Position numbers and translations under genes: made by a program. From Bacteroidota bacterium (GTDB taxonomy: Bacteria > Bacteroidota > Bacteroidia > UKL13-3): 64,000 bases of DNA. The stretch covers positions 272,996 to 336,995 of the forward strand of contig JAZKBU010000001.1 of assembly GCA_040388375.1 (NCBI GenBank), read 5' to 3'. This document shows positions 1-9,168 of the stretch, one piece after another. Position 1 is the stretch's first letter. Each line of letters begins with the position of its first letter. The notes beneath the pieces were generated by a model. The model had not been told where the DNA came from. It saw only the letters and a list, made by a program, of their open reading frames with translations, and did no database searches.

Positions 1-3000
1 TGGCTTTCCGGTTAATGTTTTTCTTACGCCCACAATAAAAACACAATTAGGTACTCCAAACACAGCCACTAATGGAAATGGTGCTATTGCTGGTTCTAAT
101 TATCATATGCATTTTGGTGTTGATATGGTTGCTGGTTCTAATGTGTTACTACCTCCAATTGCTAATTTCTATACACCTGATACCGTTTGGATTAACAGTC
201 CACAAACTTTAATAAATACTTCAAGTTTCCAAAGCCGTGTGTTCTGGAATTTACCTGATGAAAACCCGTTATACCCTGGTTATAACCGTACCACTTCAGG
301 CGTTTATGCAGGCTATATTGATACAGCTAAATACAAAAACCACTTTACTTATACTTTTACCTCACCAGGTTTAAAACGTGTAAAATTATTGGCTGTAAAC
401 GATGCTAAACGCGATTCCTTATTAGATTCTATTGTTAAATTTATTTATGTAGACACCCCAAGCCAAAAACCCCGAGCCGATTTTATCAGTTTTAAACGTA
501 AGCTTGGTTTTAGTGAAGAAGCACCATTGATTGATTTATCAACCAATGGTCCTAACCAGTGGGAATGGAGCTTTGATCCACCTTGTGCTACCTGTGCTAC
601 CGACCCCAATGCATTCCCTAACTATTTTAATCCGAGTAATACTGTTAGTAACCCACGTATAGCCGCTTTTGACCCCGGTACTTTCAGGGTATGTTTAAGG
701 GTTTGGAATGACAGAGGAACCGATTCCATCTGTAAACCGGGTTATATACAAGTGTTTACCGGTATTAATATGTGTGCAGGAACTTCTTACCAAAGCAGTG
801 AGCAGGTAGGATTCTTATATGGTGTATCAGGTCCTTATACCAGTTATGCCAGAAGTTTATGGTCACCAAGTTGTCCAGGTTTTACCATTGCACCTTGTGC
901 AGATTCTGTTATTTTATATGTAGAAAGAATAAAAATGTTACCTGGTGATAGTATAGAAATATTCAATGGTCCGAATACCAGTGCACCACGTATAAGAGCG
1001 TTAGGAGCCAGTACTACCGGCCAATTACCTTTAACAGCAGCTCAATCTGTTATCCGTGGTGGAAGCAGCTTAAGCTTTAAATACAAACCGGGTAGTGCAA
1101 GTATTCCATCAGGCTATGATTCAGCTACTTTTGCTTTCCGTTGGGAGGCCAAAGCTGCTACTTATGGCAAACCAACAGCAAACTTTAATATTCCTGATAC
1201 CTTCTATTCAAACCAACCGGTAAGTTATGTAAATACTTCAACCGGTACTTTGATGCAATATTCATGGGATACCGATGGTAATGGTTTGTTTGACTCGACT
1301 TCAGCTAACCCAACCAGAACGTTTTTGGTAACGACCCCGTTATCACGTGTGATAACTATGGTAGCTTATAACTGTGTAGGTTCAGATACCATCAGAAAAA
1401 CAGTTACTTTTTTACCCATTAACAGAGCGCCAATAGCCCGTTTTACGGCTGATAAGTTTTTAGGGTTCAACACAGATACCTTCCGTTTATTAGACCAGTC
1501 AATTTATGGTGTAACCCAATGGAAATGGGTATTCAGTCCTAATGCAGTACAATTTATTAATGGAACCAGTGCTACAAGTCAAAGTCCACAAGTACGTTTA
1601 ACAAGCCCTGTGGCTTATACCATCCGTTTGGTTACCACCAATAATTTTGGTATAGATTCAGTAACCAAAACAGCTTTTATACAAATAAATGCATACCAAA
1701 CACCGGGAGCAGGAACCGTATTCTCAAGTGTAGCTGATGCTACCATGGGTATTACAAGAGTAAGATTGAGTAGTGTTGATTCAAGTTTTACAAACCCAAC
1801 CTCACCAACTTACCAATACATCAATACCAAAACCCAGTTGGCTAATGTGAACAGAGGTGGTAAATATGCTATTGTTGTAAACAGACCAAATGCAGGCACC
1901 AATATGGATTACAAAGTATGGATAGATTTAAACTTTAATGCCAGCTTTGAAAACAATGAGTTAATATTAAACAAAATAAATAATGGTGATGCTCAGTTAA
2001 CAGATACCATTATTATACCAGCCACCCAAGGCTATGGAACTACCCGTATGCGTGTAGGAACAGATTTAGCCAACTCTACCCAGTTTAATTCAGTGTATTC
2101 GGTAATAGGTATGTTTAAAGACTTTAATGTAGCTATCAACAAAGACAATGTAAAACCAAGTATTGTTTTAAATGGCACTAATATCCTACGTACTGAGATT
2201 AACAAAACCTTCAATGACCCATGGGTATTAGCTATGGATAATATAGAAGGTAATGTATCAGGCAGAGTAGAAACAATCTCTACTGTTGACACCAGCAATT
2301 TAGGGGTGTACACGGTTAAATACTTTGTAAAAGATTACTCAGGTAATGTATCAGACACCTTGGTTCGTACTGTCATTGTTGAGTTAAACAATACAGGACC
2401 TATCTTAATATTAACACCACCAACAGTAGTAACTTTAGAGGTAAACACAGATTATATAGAACCTGGTTTTATTGCTTTAGACAATACGGGTAATGATGTA
2501 AGAAACAATGTAATTATAACTACCGATTTAAATAAAACCAAAGTAGGTAATTATACGATGACTTATAGCATTACAGATGCATTTAACTTTAATAAAACCA
2601 TGACCAGAACTATTGAGGTAAGAGACAGGACAGCTCCTGTTATTACCAAAAAATATGCAGGTTTGGTATACAAACACCAGATTAACTCTGTATTCAACCC
2701 ATTGAACATTATTACTGCAACAGATAATTATGATAAGAGTTTAAGTGTAACCTTTAACAGTGGTGTGAACCCTAACAATATAGGCCAGTACTTTGTGGTA
2801 TATAATGTAACGGATTCATCAGGCAATGCAGCGGTGACTTTCACAGCATCGGTAGAGGTGAGTGATTATATTAAACCGGGCATCAGCTTAAATGGTAACC
2901 AAACAGAAGAGGTAGAAGTATACGAAGTATTTAATGACCCTGGTGTGAGTGTGAGCGATAACTATTGCCATATAAACACATTGGTAACGGTAGTTACACC

Positions 3001-3634
3001 AAGCAACTTACGTACCGATTCATTAGGAACCTTTATGGTAACTTATGTGGTAACAGACTGTGTGGGTAATAAAGACAGTGTAACCAGAAATGTAAGTGTG
3101 GTGAAACACAGCTTACCTGTTATTAAACTATTGGGAACTAACCCTACCAATATGTTACGTTTCTGTGATTTTGTTGAGCCTGGCTTTACAGTAGAAGATA
3201 GATACTACAGTGGTTTAGCTAACAATGTAATCAGAGATTTATCAGCTTTACAAAATGATGTACCGGGAGTATATCCAATAAGTTATGTAGTAACAGACCC
3301 TTCTGGTAATCGCTCAGTAACTGTTATTCGTCAAGTTAGCGTATCAGAACAAGTATGTAACACCGGTTTATACGAAAATGTATTTGAGACTTACTTTAAC
3401 ATGTATCCATCACCAAGTAAAGGAATGGTATATGTGGAGATGAAAAACAACATAGCCATACAAGGTATAGAAGTATACACAGTAACAGGACAGTTGGTAC
3501 AAAAAACAGAAGGTAATACTTTTGTTCAGGACAAAACAAGTTTAGACATGAGTAGCCAAAGCAACGGTTTATACTTTATGAGAATTGTTACTGAAAAAGG
3601 TACTTACAGTAAATCTTTTGTTATTAATAAATAA
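1..3634 (+). CDS. Large secreted HYR/PKD-repeat protein with T9SS C-terminal sorting domain (type A); 5' end truncated by window
   Basis: The reading frame is open from nt 2 with no upstream stop, so the gene starts outside the window. It has PKD-like segments (WSFDPP...; YSWDTDGNG) and multiple HYR-like repeats (NVSGRVETISTVDTSNLGVYTVKYFVKDYSGNVSDTLVRTVIV and paralogous blocks). The C-terminal ~80 aa (YPSPSKGMVYVEMKNN...YFMRIVTEKGTYSKSFVINK) matches the Por secretion tail pattern. Confidence 0.8.
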   Translation, partial: GFPVNVFLTPTIKTQLGTPNTATNGNGAIAGSNYHMHFGVDMVAGSNVLLPPIANFYTPDTVWINSPQTLINTSSFQSRVFWNLPDENPLYPGYNRTTSGVYAGYIDTAKYKNHFTYTFTSPGLKRVKLLAVNDAKRDSLLDSIVKFIYVDTPSQKPRADFISFKRKLGFSEEAPLIDLSTNGPNQWEWSFDPPCATCATDPNAFPNYFNPSNTVSNPRIAAFDPGTFRVCLRVWNDRGTDSICKPGYIQVFTGINMCAGTSYQSSEQVGFLYGVSGPYTSYARSLWSPSCPGFTIAPCADSVILYVERIKMLPGDSIEIFNGPNTSAPRIRALGASTTGQLPLTAAQSVIRGGSSLSFKYKPGSASIPSGYDSATFAFRWEAKAATYGKPTANFNIPDTFYSNQPVSYVNTSTGTLMQYSWDTDGNGLFDSTSANPTRTFLVTTPLSRVITMVAYNCVGSDTIRKTVTFLPINRAPIARFTADKFLGFNTDTFRLLDQSIYGVTQWKWVFSPNAVQFINGTSATSQSPQVRLTSPVAYTIRLVTTNNFGIDSVTKTAFIQINAYQTPGAGTVFSSVADATMGITRVRLSSVDSSFTNPTSPTYQYINTKTQLANVNRGGKYAIVVNRPNAGTNMDYKVWIDLNFNASFENNELILNKINNGDAQLTDTIIIPATQGYGTTRMRVGTDLANSTQFNSVYSVIGMFKDFNVAINKDNVKPSIVLNGTNILRTEINKTFNDPWVLAMDNIEGNVSGRVETISTVDTSNLGVYTVKYFVKDYSGNVSDTLVRTVIVELNNTGPILILTPPTVVTLEVNTDYIEPGFIALDNTGNDVRNNVIITTDLNKTKVGNYTMTYSITDAFNFNKTMTRTIEVRDRTAPVITKKYAGLVYKHQINSVFNPLNIITATDNYDKSLSVTFNSGVNPNNIGQYFVVYNVTDSSGNAAVTFTASVEVSDYIKPGISLNGNQTEEVEVYEVFNDPGVSVSDNYCHINTLVTVVTPSNLRTDSLGTFMVTYVVTDCVGNKDSVTRNVSVVKHSLPVIKLLGTNPTNMLRFCDFVEPGFTVEDRYYSGLANNVIRDLSALQNDVPGVYPISYVVTDPSGNRSVTVIRQVSVSEQVCNTGLYENVFETYFNMYPSPSKGMVYVEMKNNIAIQGIEVYTVTGQLVQKTEGNTFVQDKTSLDMSSQSNGLYFMRIVTEKGTYSKSFVINK

Positions 3635-3672
3635 GAATTACGTAATCAATAAAACATTATAAGAAACAAAAA

Positions 3673-3700
3673 AGCCAACTCAAATGAGTTGGCTTTTTTG
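3673..3700 (+). terminator. Rho-independent terminator downstream of the HYR/PKD gene
   Basis: Hairpin agccaactc-aaat-gagttggct followed by a tttttg T-run. Confidence 0.6.
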
Positions 3701-3748
3701 TTGTAATTACTTGAACAATGTAAAAAATACTTTCTATACCTTTGTAAA

Positions 3749-4801
3749 ATGTATTTAAAGCCATTACAAGAGGATGACAATAATGAAGACCAAGAACTTT
3801 ATGAACACCATAGGGTTGTTGTAGAAAAGGGACAGAGCCTACTTCGGATTGATAAATATTTAATGATTCGTATTCCTAATGCTACCCGTTCAAAGCTGCA
3901 ACAGGCCTGCGATTTGGATTGTATTTTAGTAAACGACAAACCTATAAAATCAAGCTATAAAGTAAAACCTTTTGATGTAATTAGTATTGTATTACCTAAT
4001 CCACCGGCCAATACCGAAGTAGTTCCGGAGAATATTCCGTTAAACATTATGTATGAAGACGATGATTTATTAATTATTAATAAACCGTCAGGCATGGTTG
4101 TTCACCCCGGTTACAATAACACTACAGGTACATTGGTCAATGCTTTGGCCTGGCATTTAAAAGATGTTCCATTTGCAAAGGAAAATAACATCAGACCAGG
4201 TTTGGTACATAGAATTGATAAAAATACTACCGGGTTATTGGTAGTGGCTAAAACAGAACATGCCATGACCCATTTGGCTAAACAATTTTATGAGCATAGT
4301 ATTGAGAGAAGCTATAATGCAATAGCCTGGGGAGATATGCCTGAAGAGCAAGGAACTATTACCGGTTATATAGGCAGAAGTAATCACGACAGAAAAATAT
4401 TTCAATTATATGATGATGCTGAAAAAGGCAAATGGAGTGTAACTCATTATAAAGTAATTGAAAGCTTAAATTATGTAAGTTTAATAGAATTAAAATTAGA
4501 AACAGGACGCACCCATCAAATAAGGGTACATTGTAAAAGTATAGGACATCCTTTATTTGGCGATACTACTTATGGTGGTGATAGAATTTTAAAAGGAACT
4601 ACATTTACCAAGTACAAGCAATTTGTAGATAATTGTTTTGCTATACTACCTCGTCAGGCTTTGCATGCACGTTCTCTTGGATTTATTCATCCCACTACTA
4701 AACAGAAAATGTTTTTTGAAAGCGAGCTTCCAACAGATTTTGTACAGGTGCTTGACAAATGGAAAAACTATGCTAATTTTAAACCATACGGAGAAGAATA
4801 G
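3749..4801 (+). CDS. rluD: RluA-family 23S rRNA pseudouridine synthase (RluD-like) with N-terminal S4 domain
   Basis: S4-like segment (GQSLLRIDKYLM) and the catalytic motif HRIDKNTTGLLVVAKT. It also has LETGRTHQIRVH and a length of ~350 aa. Confidence 0.88.
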   Translation: MYLKPLQEDDNNEDQELYEHHRVVVEKGQSLLRIDKYLMIRIPNATRSKLQQACDLDCILVNDKPIKSSYKVKPFDVISIVLPNPPANTEVVPENIPLNIMYEDDDLLIINKPSGMVVHPGYNNTTGTLVNALAWHLKDVPFAKENNIRPGLVHRIDKNTTGLLVVAKTEHAMTHLAKQFYEHSIERSYNAIAWGDMPEEQGTITGYIGRSNHDRKIFQLYDDAEKGKWSVTHYKVIESLNYVSLIELKLETGRTHQIRVHCKSIGHPLFGDTTYGGDRILKGTTFTKYKQFVDNCFAILPRQALHARSLGFIHPTTKQKMFFESELPTDFVQVLDKWKNYANFKPYGEE

Positions 4802-4803
4802 AT

Positions 4804-5724
4804 ATGAAGTGGTTAAATTCTAAAAACAGTATTTTAGTTGTTTTATGTTTGCTGATAAGTGTAAGTGGATTTGTAATAAATGGTGCTTTACGCGATGACG
4901 ATAAGCAGCAACAACTTTTAGAACAAAATTATAAGGTATATTCATTACCCATTCCGGAGTTTGTTACGTTTGCCAATCAAAAAATAAGTTTAAAAAGTTT
5001 TGATGTAAAAGAGCGATTTGACAGAGAATTATTGACCAATGTATACTGGCAGTCGCAAACTATTTTAATGCTTAAACGAGCCAACAGGTTCTTTCCTGTT
5101 ATTGAAAAAATACTTAAAAAAGAAGGATTGCCTGATGATTTAAAATACGTAGCCCTAATTGAGAGCGGTTTGTTAAATGTAGTTTCACCGGCTGGTGCTG
5201 CCGGTTTTTGGCAGTTTATGGATAAAACTGGTAAGCAGTACGGATTACAAATTAATGAAGAAGTAGATGAACGTTATCATTTAGAAAAAGCAACCTATGC
5301 AGCCTGTAAATATTTTAAAGAAGCATATGCACAATTTAATGATTGGGGTTTAGTAGCAGCAAGCTACAACATGGGTATAGAGGGTTTGAAACGTCAAATG
5401 CAAAACCAATACGTACAAAGTTATTATGAATTGTTTTTAAATACCGAAACCTCGCGTTATGTATTCAGAATTTTAGCGATTAAAGAAATAGCTGAAAAAC
5501 CGGAACATTACGGTTTCTTTTTAGCCAAAACACATTTGTATGATGTAATTCCAAGCAGAGAAATTTTAGTTACAAATTCTATTTTAGATTTAGCCAAATG
5601 GTCCATAGATCAAGGCACCAATTATAAAAATGTTAAACTACTAAATCCGTGGATCAGGAAAGGGAATTTAACGCTAAAACAAGGAGAATCATTGCAAATA
5701 AGTGTCCCACTTTCTGCAAGATAA
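4804..5724 (+). CDS. Lytic transglycosylase (SLT-domain, MltD-like)
   Basis: N-terminal signal/TM segment and the SLT catalytic region ESGLLNVVSPAGAAGFWQFM. It starts 3 nt after the rluD stop, suggesting translational coupling. Confidence 0.75.
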   Translation: MKWLNSKNSILVVLCLLISVSGFVINGALRDDDKQQQLLEQNYKVYSLPIPEFVTFANQKISLKSFDVKERFDRELLTNVYWQSQTILMLKRANRFFPVIEKILKKEGLPDDLKYVALIESGLLNVVSPAGAAGFWQFMDKTGKQYGLQINEEVDERYHLEKATYAACKYFKEAYAQFNDWGLVAASYNMGIEGLKRQMQNQYVQSYYELFLNTETSRYVFRILAIKEIAEKPEHYGFFLAKTHLYDVIPSREILVTNSILDLAKWSIDQGTNYKNVKLLNPWIRKGNLTLKQGESLQISVPLSAR

Positions 5725-5732
5725 AACGCATA

Positions 5733-5772
5733 AAAAAAGCCTGCTTTAGTTGACTAAAGCAGGCTTTTTTAT
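5733..5772. terminator. Bidirectional rho-independent terminator between convergent genes
   Basis: An A-run, then the hairpin gcctgctttag-ttga-ctaaagcaggc, then a T-run (aaaaaaagcctgctttagttgactaaagcaggctttttt). Confidence 0.65.
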
Positions 5773-5779
5773 TTATTGA

Positions 5780-7054
5780 TTAAACCAATAGTTTAACCGG
5801 ATTTTCCAATAACTCTTTCAGTGTTTTTAAGAAGGTAGAACCTATAGCCCCATCCACTAAACGGTGATCGCAACTTAAAGTTACTTTCATAATTGTAGCC
5901 ACTTTCATCTGTCCATTTTCTACTATTACTGTTTCTTTACTTCCACCAACAGCTAAAATACAAGCATCAGGTGGGTTGATAATAGCAGTAAACTCTTCAA
6001 TACCATACATACCTAAATTTGAGATGGTAAAAGTATTACCTTCAAACTCGTTAGGCTGCAATTTTTTATTTTTGGCTTTATCAGCTAATTGTTTTACCTC
6101 AGCACTTATGTGTGAAAGTGATTTATTGTCTGCAAATTTCACAACAGGTACTATTAAACCATCTTCAATAGCTACTGCTACACCAACATGTATGTGGTGG
6201 TTATAACGAATTTTATCGCCTAACCAGCTTGAGTTTACTTTTGGATTTTTGCGTAACGATGCAGCTACTGCTTTTACGATAAAATCGTTAACAGATATTT
6301 TCACATCGCCATCCGCATTGATAGTTTTACGGGCAGCATTTACATTATCCATATTAATTTCCATGGTAAGGAAAAAATGTGGAGCAGTAAACAAACTATC
6401 GCTTAACCTGCGGGCAATTACCTTGCGCATTTGTGAAACAGGAACCTCTTCATAACTTTCAGTTCCAACTACTGCAGGTATATTGTAAGCAGGAGCTCCG
6501 GCTGCAGAAGTTGTTGCTGCGGCTTTATTTGGTGTAAATGTTTCAACATCACGTTTTACAATTCGTCCCCCATCGCCACTTCCTGCAATTTGATTCAAAG
6601 CAATACCTTTTTCTTCTGCTATTTTTTTAGCTAATGGCGAGGCTTTTACTCTTCCATCATCCGTATTAGCAGTTGTATGTGTTTGTGGTGCTGATGAAAC
6701 AGCAACGCTGGTTTCAGTTGTAGTAGTTGTTTCTGCTTTTGGTTCTTCCGTTTTAGGCTCTTCTGCTTTTGCAGGAGTACCAGCTCCTGTTTCCAATAAA
6801 GCTGAAATATCTTCACCTTTTTGTCCAACAATGGCTATCAATGCATCAACAGGAACACTTCCTCCGGCAGGAATACCTATATGCAATAAAGTTCCTTTTA
6901 CAAAGTTCTCTAATTCCATGGTGGCTTTATCTGTTTCCACCTCAGCTAAAATATCACCCGATTTTATGTCATCGCCCACTTGTTTTAACCATGATACAAT
7001 AACACCTTCCGTCATTGTATCACTCATTTTGGGCATGCGTATAACTTCTGCCAT
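5780..7054 (-). CDS. 2-oxoacid dehydrogenase complex E2 (dihydrolipoamide acyltransferase)
   Basis: N-terminal lipoyl domain with the EVETDKATMELE lipoyl-lysine motif, then an Ala/Pro/Thr-rich linker. A peripheral subunit-binding domain (SPLAKKIAEEKGIAL) follows. The C-terminal catalytic domain carries DHRLVDG. Confidence 0.9.
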   Translation of the reverse strand: MAEVIRMPKMSDTMTEGVIVSWLKQVGDDIKSGDILAEVETDKATMELENFVKGTLLHIGIPAGGSVPVDALIAIVGQKGEDISALLETGAGTPAKAEEPKTEEPKAETTTTTETSVAVSSAPQTHTTANTDDGRVKASPLAKKIAEEKGIALNQIAGSGDGGRIVKRDVETFTPNKAAATTSAAGAPAYNIPAVVGTESYEEVPVSQMRKVIARRLSDSLFTAPHFFLTMEINMDNVNAARKTINADGDVKISVNDFIVKAVAASLRKNPKVNSSWLGDKIRYNHHIHVGVAVAIEDGLIVPVVKFADNKSLSHISAEVKQLADKAKNKKLQPNEFEGNTFTISNLGMYGIEEFTAIINPPDACILAVGGSKETVIVENGQMKVATIMKVTLSCDHRLVDGAIGSTFLKTLKELLENPVKLLV

Positions 7055-7140
7055 TTATTTTTTATGTTTTTAAGTTAAGGTTGCGAAAATAAGAATTGCC
7101 AAGCATATTTGAGCCTATTAAAATAATATTTTTTGATTAC

Positions 7141-8133
7141 CTAAACAGTCAATAAACTACAGCCTCTTATATCGCTATTATCAAGTCTTCCAAGCACTTC
7201 AAAGTTTTTGGGGCCGGTTAATTTACCTAAGTCTTGTGTTTGAATAAAACAACAAGAGTGAATATTAGCTAAATCGATAACATTGATAACACCACTTTTA
7301 TTAGCGCCTAAAAAAGTAAAAGGGTCAGTAGGGTCACTTATTTTTATTTGCATCCATTTCGGGCATTCAAAAACACCTTTTTCATGGCTATAAGCCTGGC
7401 TCAGCAGTTCAGTCATGCCATACTCGGAATGTATATTAGTAACAGCAAAAGCATTAGCTAACAAAGTATGTGTTTCGGCTCTGGTAATTTCTTTCCTACG
7501 CCCTTTCATCCCACCTGTTTCCATTACAATTAATTCAGGAAAGGAAATATTGTGCGTTTCAGCAAAATCAAGCAAAGCAAAGGTGGCTCCAATTAAAATA
7601 GTTTTTTGCTTTTTCTCTTTTAACTGTAATAATACATCCGCTAACTGGTTATGGTTGTATAAATAAAAATTGCTTAATGGATTGTTACTCGCTTTTATCA
7701 GCTCATCACACATGAGCAATAAAGAAGAACCCGTTCTTTCTAAATAAGAGGGCAACAATGCTAAAAAACAATAATCAGTAATGGGTCCGTAAAAATGTTC
7801 AAAGGCAGCAAAAAAACTTTTTGTATAAATAGTTCCATCCACAACTAGGTGTTTACTTTCTCCTTGCCCGCTGGTACTGCTACTTGTAAATTGTATTTCA
7901 GGTACTTTTGTACCCGTAACAATAGCATGCGATTTAAAAAACTGGATAGGCAAAAAAGGAATTTGTGCAACTTTTGTAACGCTTTGTTTGTCGAGTATTT
8001 TATTAAGTTTGCAATATTGTTGGTAAACAATATTATTATCGTATTGGTAAGCAAATGCTTTTAAAGCCAGCTCATCAAAATGAATTAAACTTGGGTCAAA
8101 AATGGACTTTACAAAATCATCAATGTTAAACAT
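7141..8133 (-). CDS. LuxE/PaaK-family acyl-adenylating enzyme (acyl-protein synthetase-like)
   Basis: About 330 aa with the P-loop-like adenylation motif TSSSTSGQGESK and a METGGMKGRR segment typical of LuxE-type acyl-protein synthetases. The family assignment is from motif memory, not a search. Confidence 0.5.
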   Translation of the reverse strand: MFNIDDFVKSIFDPSLIHFDELALKAFAYQYDNNIVYQQYCKLNKILDKQSVTKVAQIPFLPIQFFKSHAIVTGTKVPEIQFTSSSTSGQGESKHLVVDGTIYTKSFFAAFEHFYGPITDYCFLALLPSYLERTGSSLLLMCDELIKASNNPLSNFYLYNHNQLADVLLQLKEKKQKTILIGATFALLDFAETHNISFPELIVMETGGMKGRRKEITRAETHTLLANAFAVTNIHSEYGMTELLSQAYSHEKGVFECPKWMQIKISDPTDPFTFLGANKSGVINVIDLANIHSCCFIQTQDLGKLTGPKNFEVLGRLDNSDIRGCSLLTV

Positions 8134-8686
8134 AAGTTACAAGGTTACCTTCGCTCTGCTTTTTTCAGGATTGCTTTTAAGCGCGTGCAAAGAAAAAGAA
8201 ATATACTCAAACATTCCTCAAATTGAATATAAAACAGCTTACATACTAAGCAGTAGCGGAAAGGATTCTTTGTTAAAATTAATTTTTACTTTTAAAGATG
8301 GTGATGGCGATATTGGTTTAAACGATGGCGATACACTCCCTCCTTACAATCCAAAGTTCGATTCTATTACCAATATATCGTTAAATCCTTATTATTTTAA
8401 TTGTTATGTAGAGTATAGAGAAATGGTAAATGGTGTGTTTAAACCATACATAGCTCCGGGAACTACCGATACTTTTCAATACACTTACAGAATGCCCAGT
8501 TTAACACCTGAAGGCAAGCATAAAGCCATAAGAGGTGATATTGAATTAGATGTAAAAATATCAACCAGCCAGCGCTTGTCAACCAAGCTAATTGATACCA
8601 TCCAATATAGTATTTATATTTTTGACAGGGCTTTAAACAAAAGTAATAAAATAACAACGCCCCCGGTTTATTGGAGGCGTAGCTAA
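8102..8686 (+). CDS. Hypothetical lipoprotein
   Basis: Signal peptide with lipobox (ALLFSGLLLSAC). The likely true start is the Met at ~8123 (MLNISYKVTF...). There is no recognisable domain; it has a DGDGDIGLNDGD acidic loop. Confidence 0.5.
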   Translation: MDFTKSSMLNISYKVTFALLFSGLLLSACKEKEIYSNIPQIEYKTAYILSSSGKDSLLKLIFTFKDGDGDIGLNDGDTLPPYNPKFDSITNISLNPYYFNCYVEYREMVNGVFKPYIAPGTTDTFQYTYRMPSLTPEGKHKAIRGDIELDVKISTSQRLSTKLIDTIQYSIYIFDRALNKSNKITTPPVYWRRS

Positions 8687-8705
8687 AATAAAATTGATTT
8701 AAATA

Positions 8706-8957
8706 TTAAAAGTCGTCATCATCATCGTCATCATCATCATCAAAATCTTCAAATGATGCTGGCTCTTTTACATCAATAACATCATCATCGTCATCACTGT
8801 CAAAGTCATCGTCTTCGATTTTTAAATCGTCATCATCATCAAAATCATCTTCATCGTCTGATTTCTTTTTGGCTGCACGTGGTGCATTCATTACGTCCAC
8901 AGCTTTACTAGCTGATGGTTTGCTTACTGAGCGGGCTGTTACTGATTGTAGTTTCAT
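8706..8957 (-). CDS. Small highly acidic protein (basic N-terminal 30 aa, poly-Asp/Glu C-terminal 50 aa)
   Basis: An 83-aa ORF ending ...FEDFDDDDDDDDDDF. The coding DNA contains a (GAT/GAC)n trinucleotide tract. No competing ORF occupies the region, but composition-driven ORFs can be spurious. Confidence 0.4.
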   Translation of the reverse strand: MKLQSVTARSVSKPSASKAVDVMNAPRAAKKKSDDEDDFDDDDDLKIEDDDFDSDDDDDVIDVKEPASFEDFDDDDDDDDDDF

Positions 8958-9168
8958 TTGAGTGAAAATTATCTATGCAAATGTTGTTTAAGTTTGGTTA
9001 AAAAGTCAAGTATTTTTTTGTTTTTTTTCAGGCAGCAAATAAATTGAGAGTTTCTATAAAATCAATAGTTGAGGAAAAATTTATAAAAATTTTTGTGTTG
9101 CGTTTATTAAAATTTTAGCAGTATGCCACAAGCAGAAAGAATAGCAGCAAATCAATGATTTTTATTAA

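Noticed and set aside
2032-2313. A 93-aa minus-strand ORF inside the HYR/PKD gene, along with many similar 60-110-aa antisense ORFs inside secA, polA, the giant cargo gene, pntB, the E1/E2 genes, SulP, etc.
   Set aside because: They are all embedded antisense or out-of-frame within long, well-supported genes. Their low-complexity translations have no signals, so they are shadow ORFs.
3737-3748. A Bacteroidota-style -7 box (tacctttg) just upstream of the rluD ATG, implying a leaderless transcript
   Set aside because: It is a single 8-mer match in AT-rich DNA. The spacing would place the TSS inside the start codon. It is not convincing without TSS data.
4638-4823. A 61-aa ORF overlapping the end of rluD and the start of the transglycosylase gene
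   Set aside because: It is out of frame within two strongly supported genes that are translationally coupled, so it is spurious.
5780-7054. Calling the E2 and the fused E1 (58373-60427) a single operon or complex
   Set aside because: They are 51 kb apart with >30 unrelated genes between them. Only a functional partnership can be hypothesised, not an operon.
9123-9158. An 11-codon micro-ORF (MPQAERIAANQ) in the spacer between the HDAC-like gene and the poly-Asp gene
   Set aside because: It is too short, with no supporting context, and most likely a chance event.
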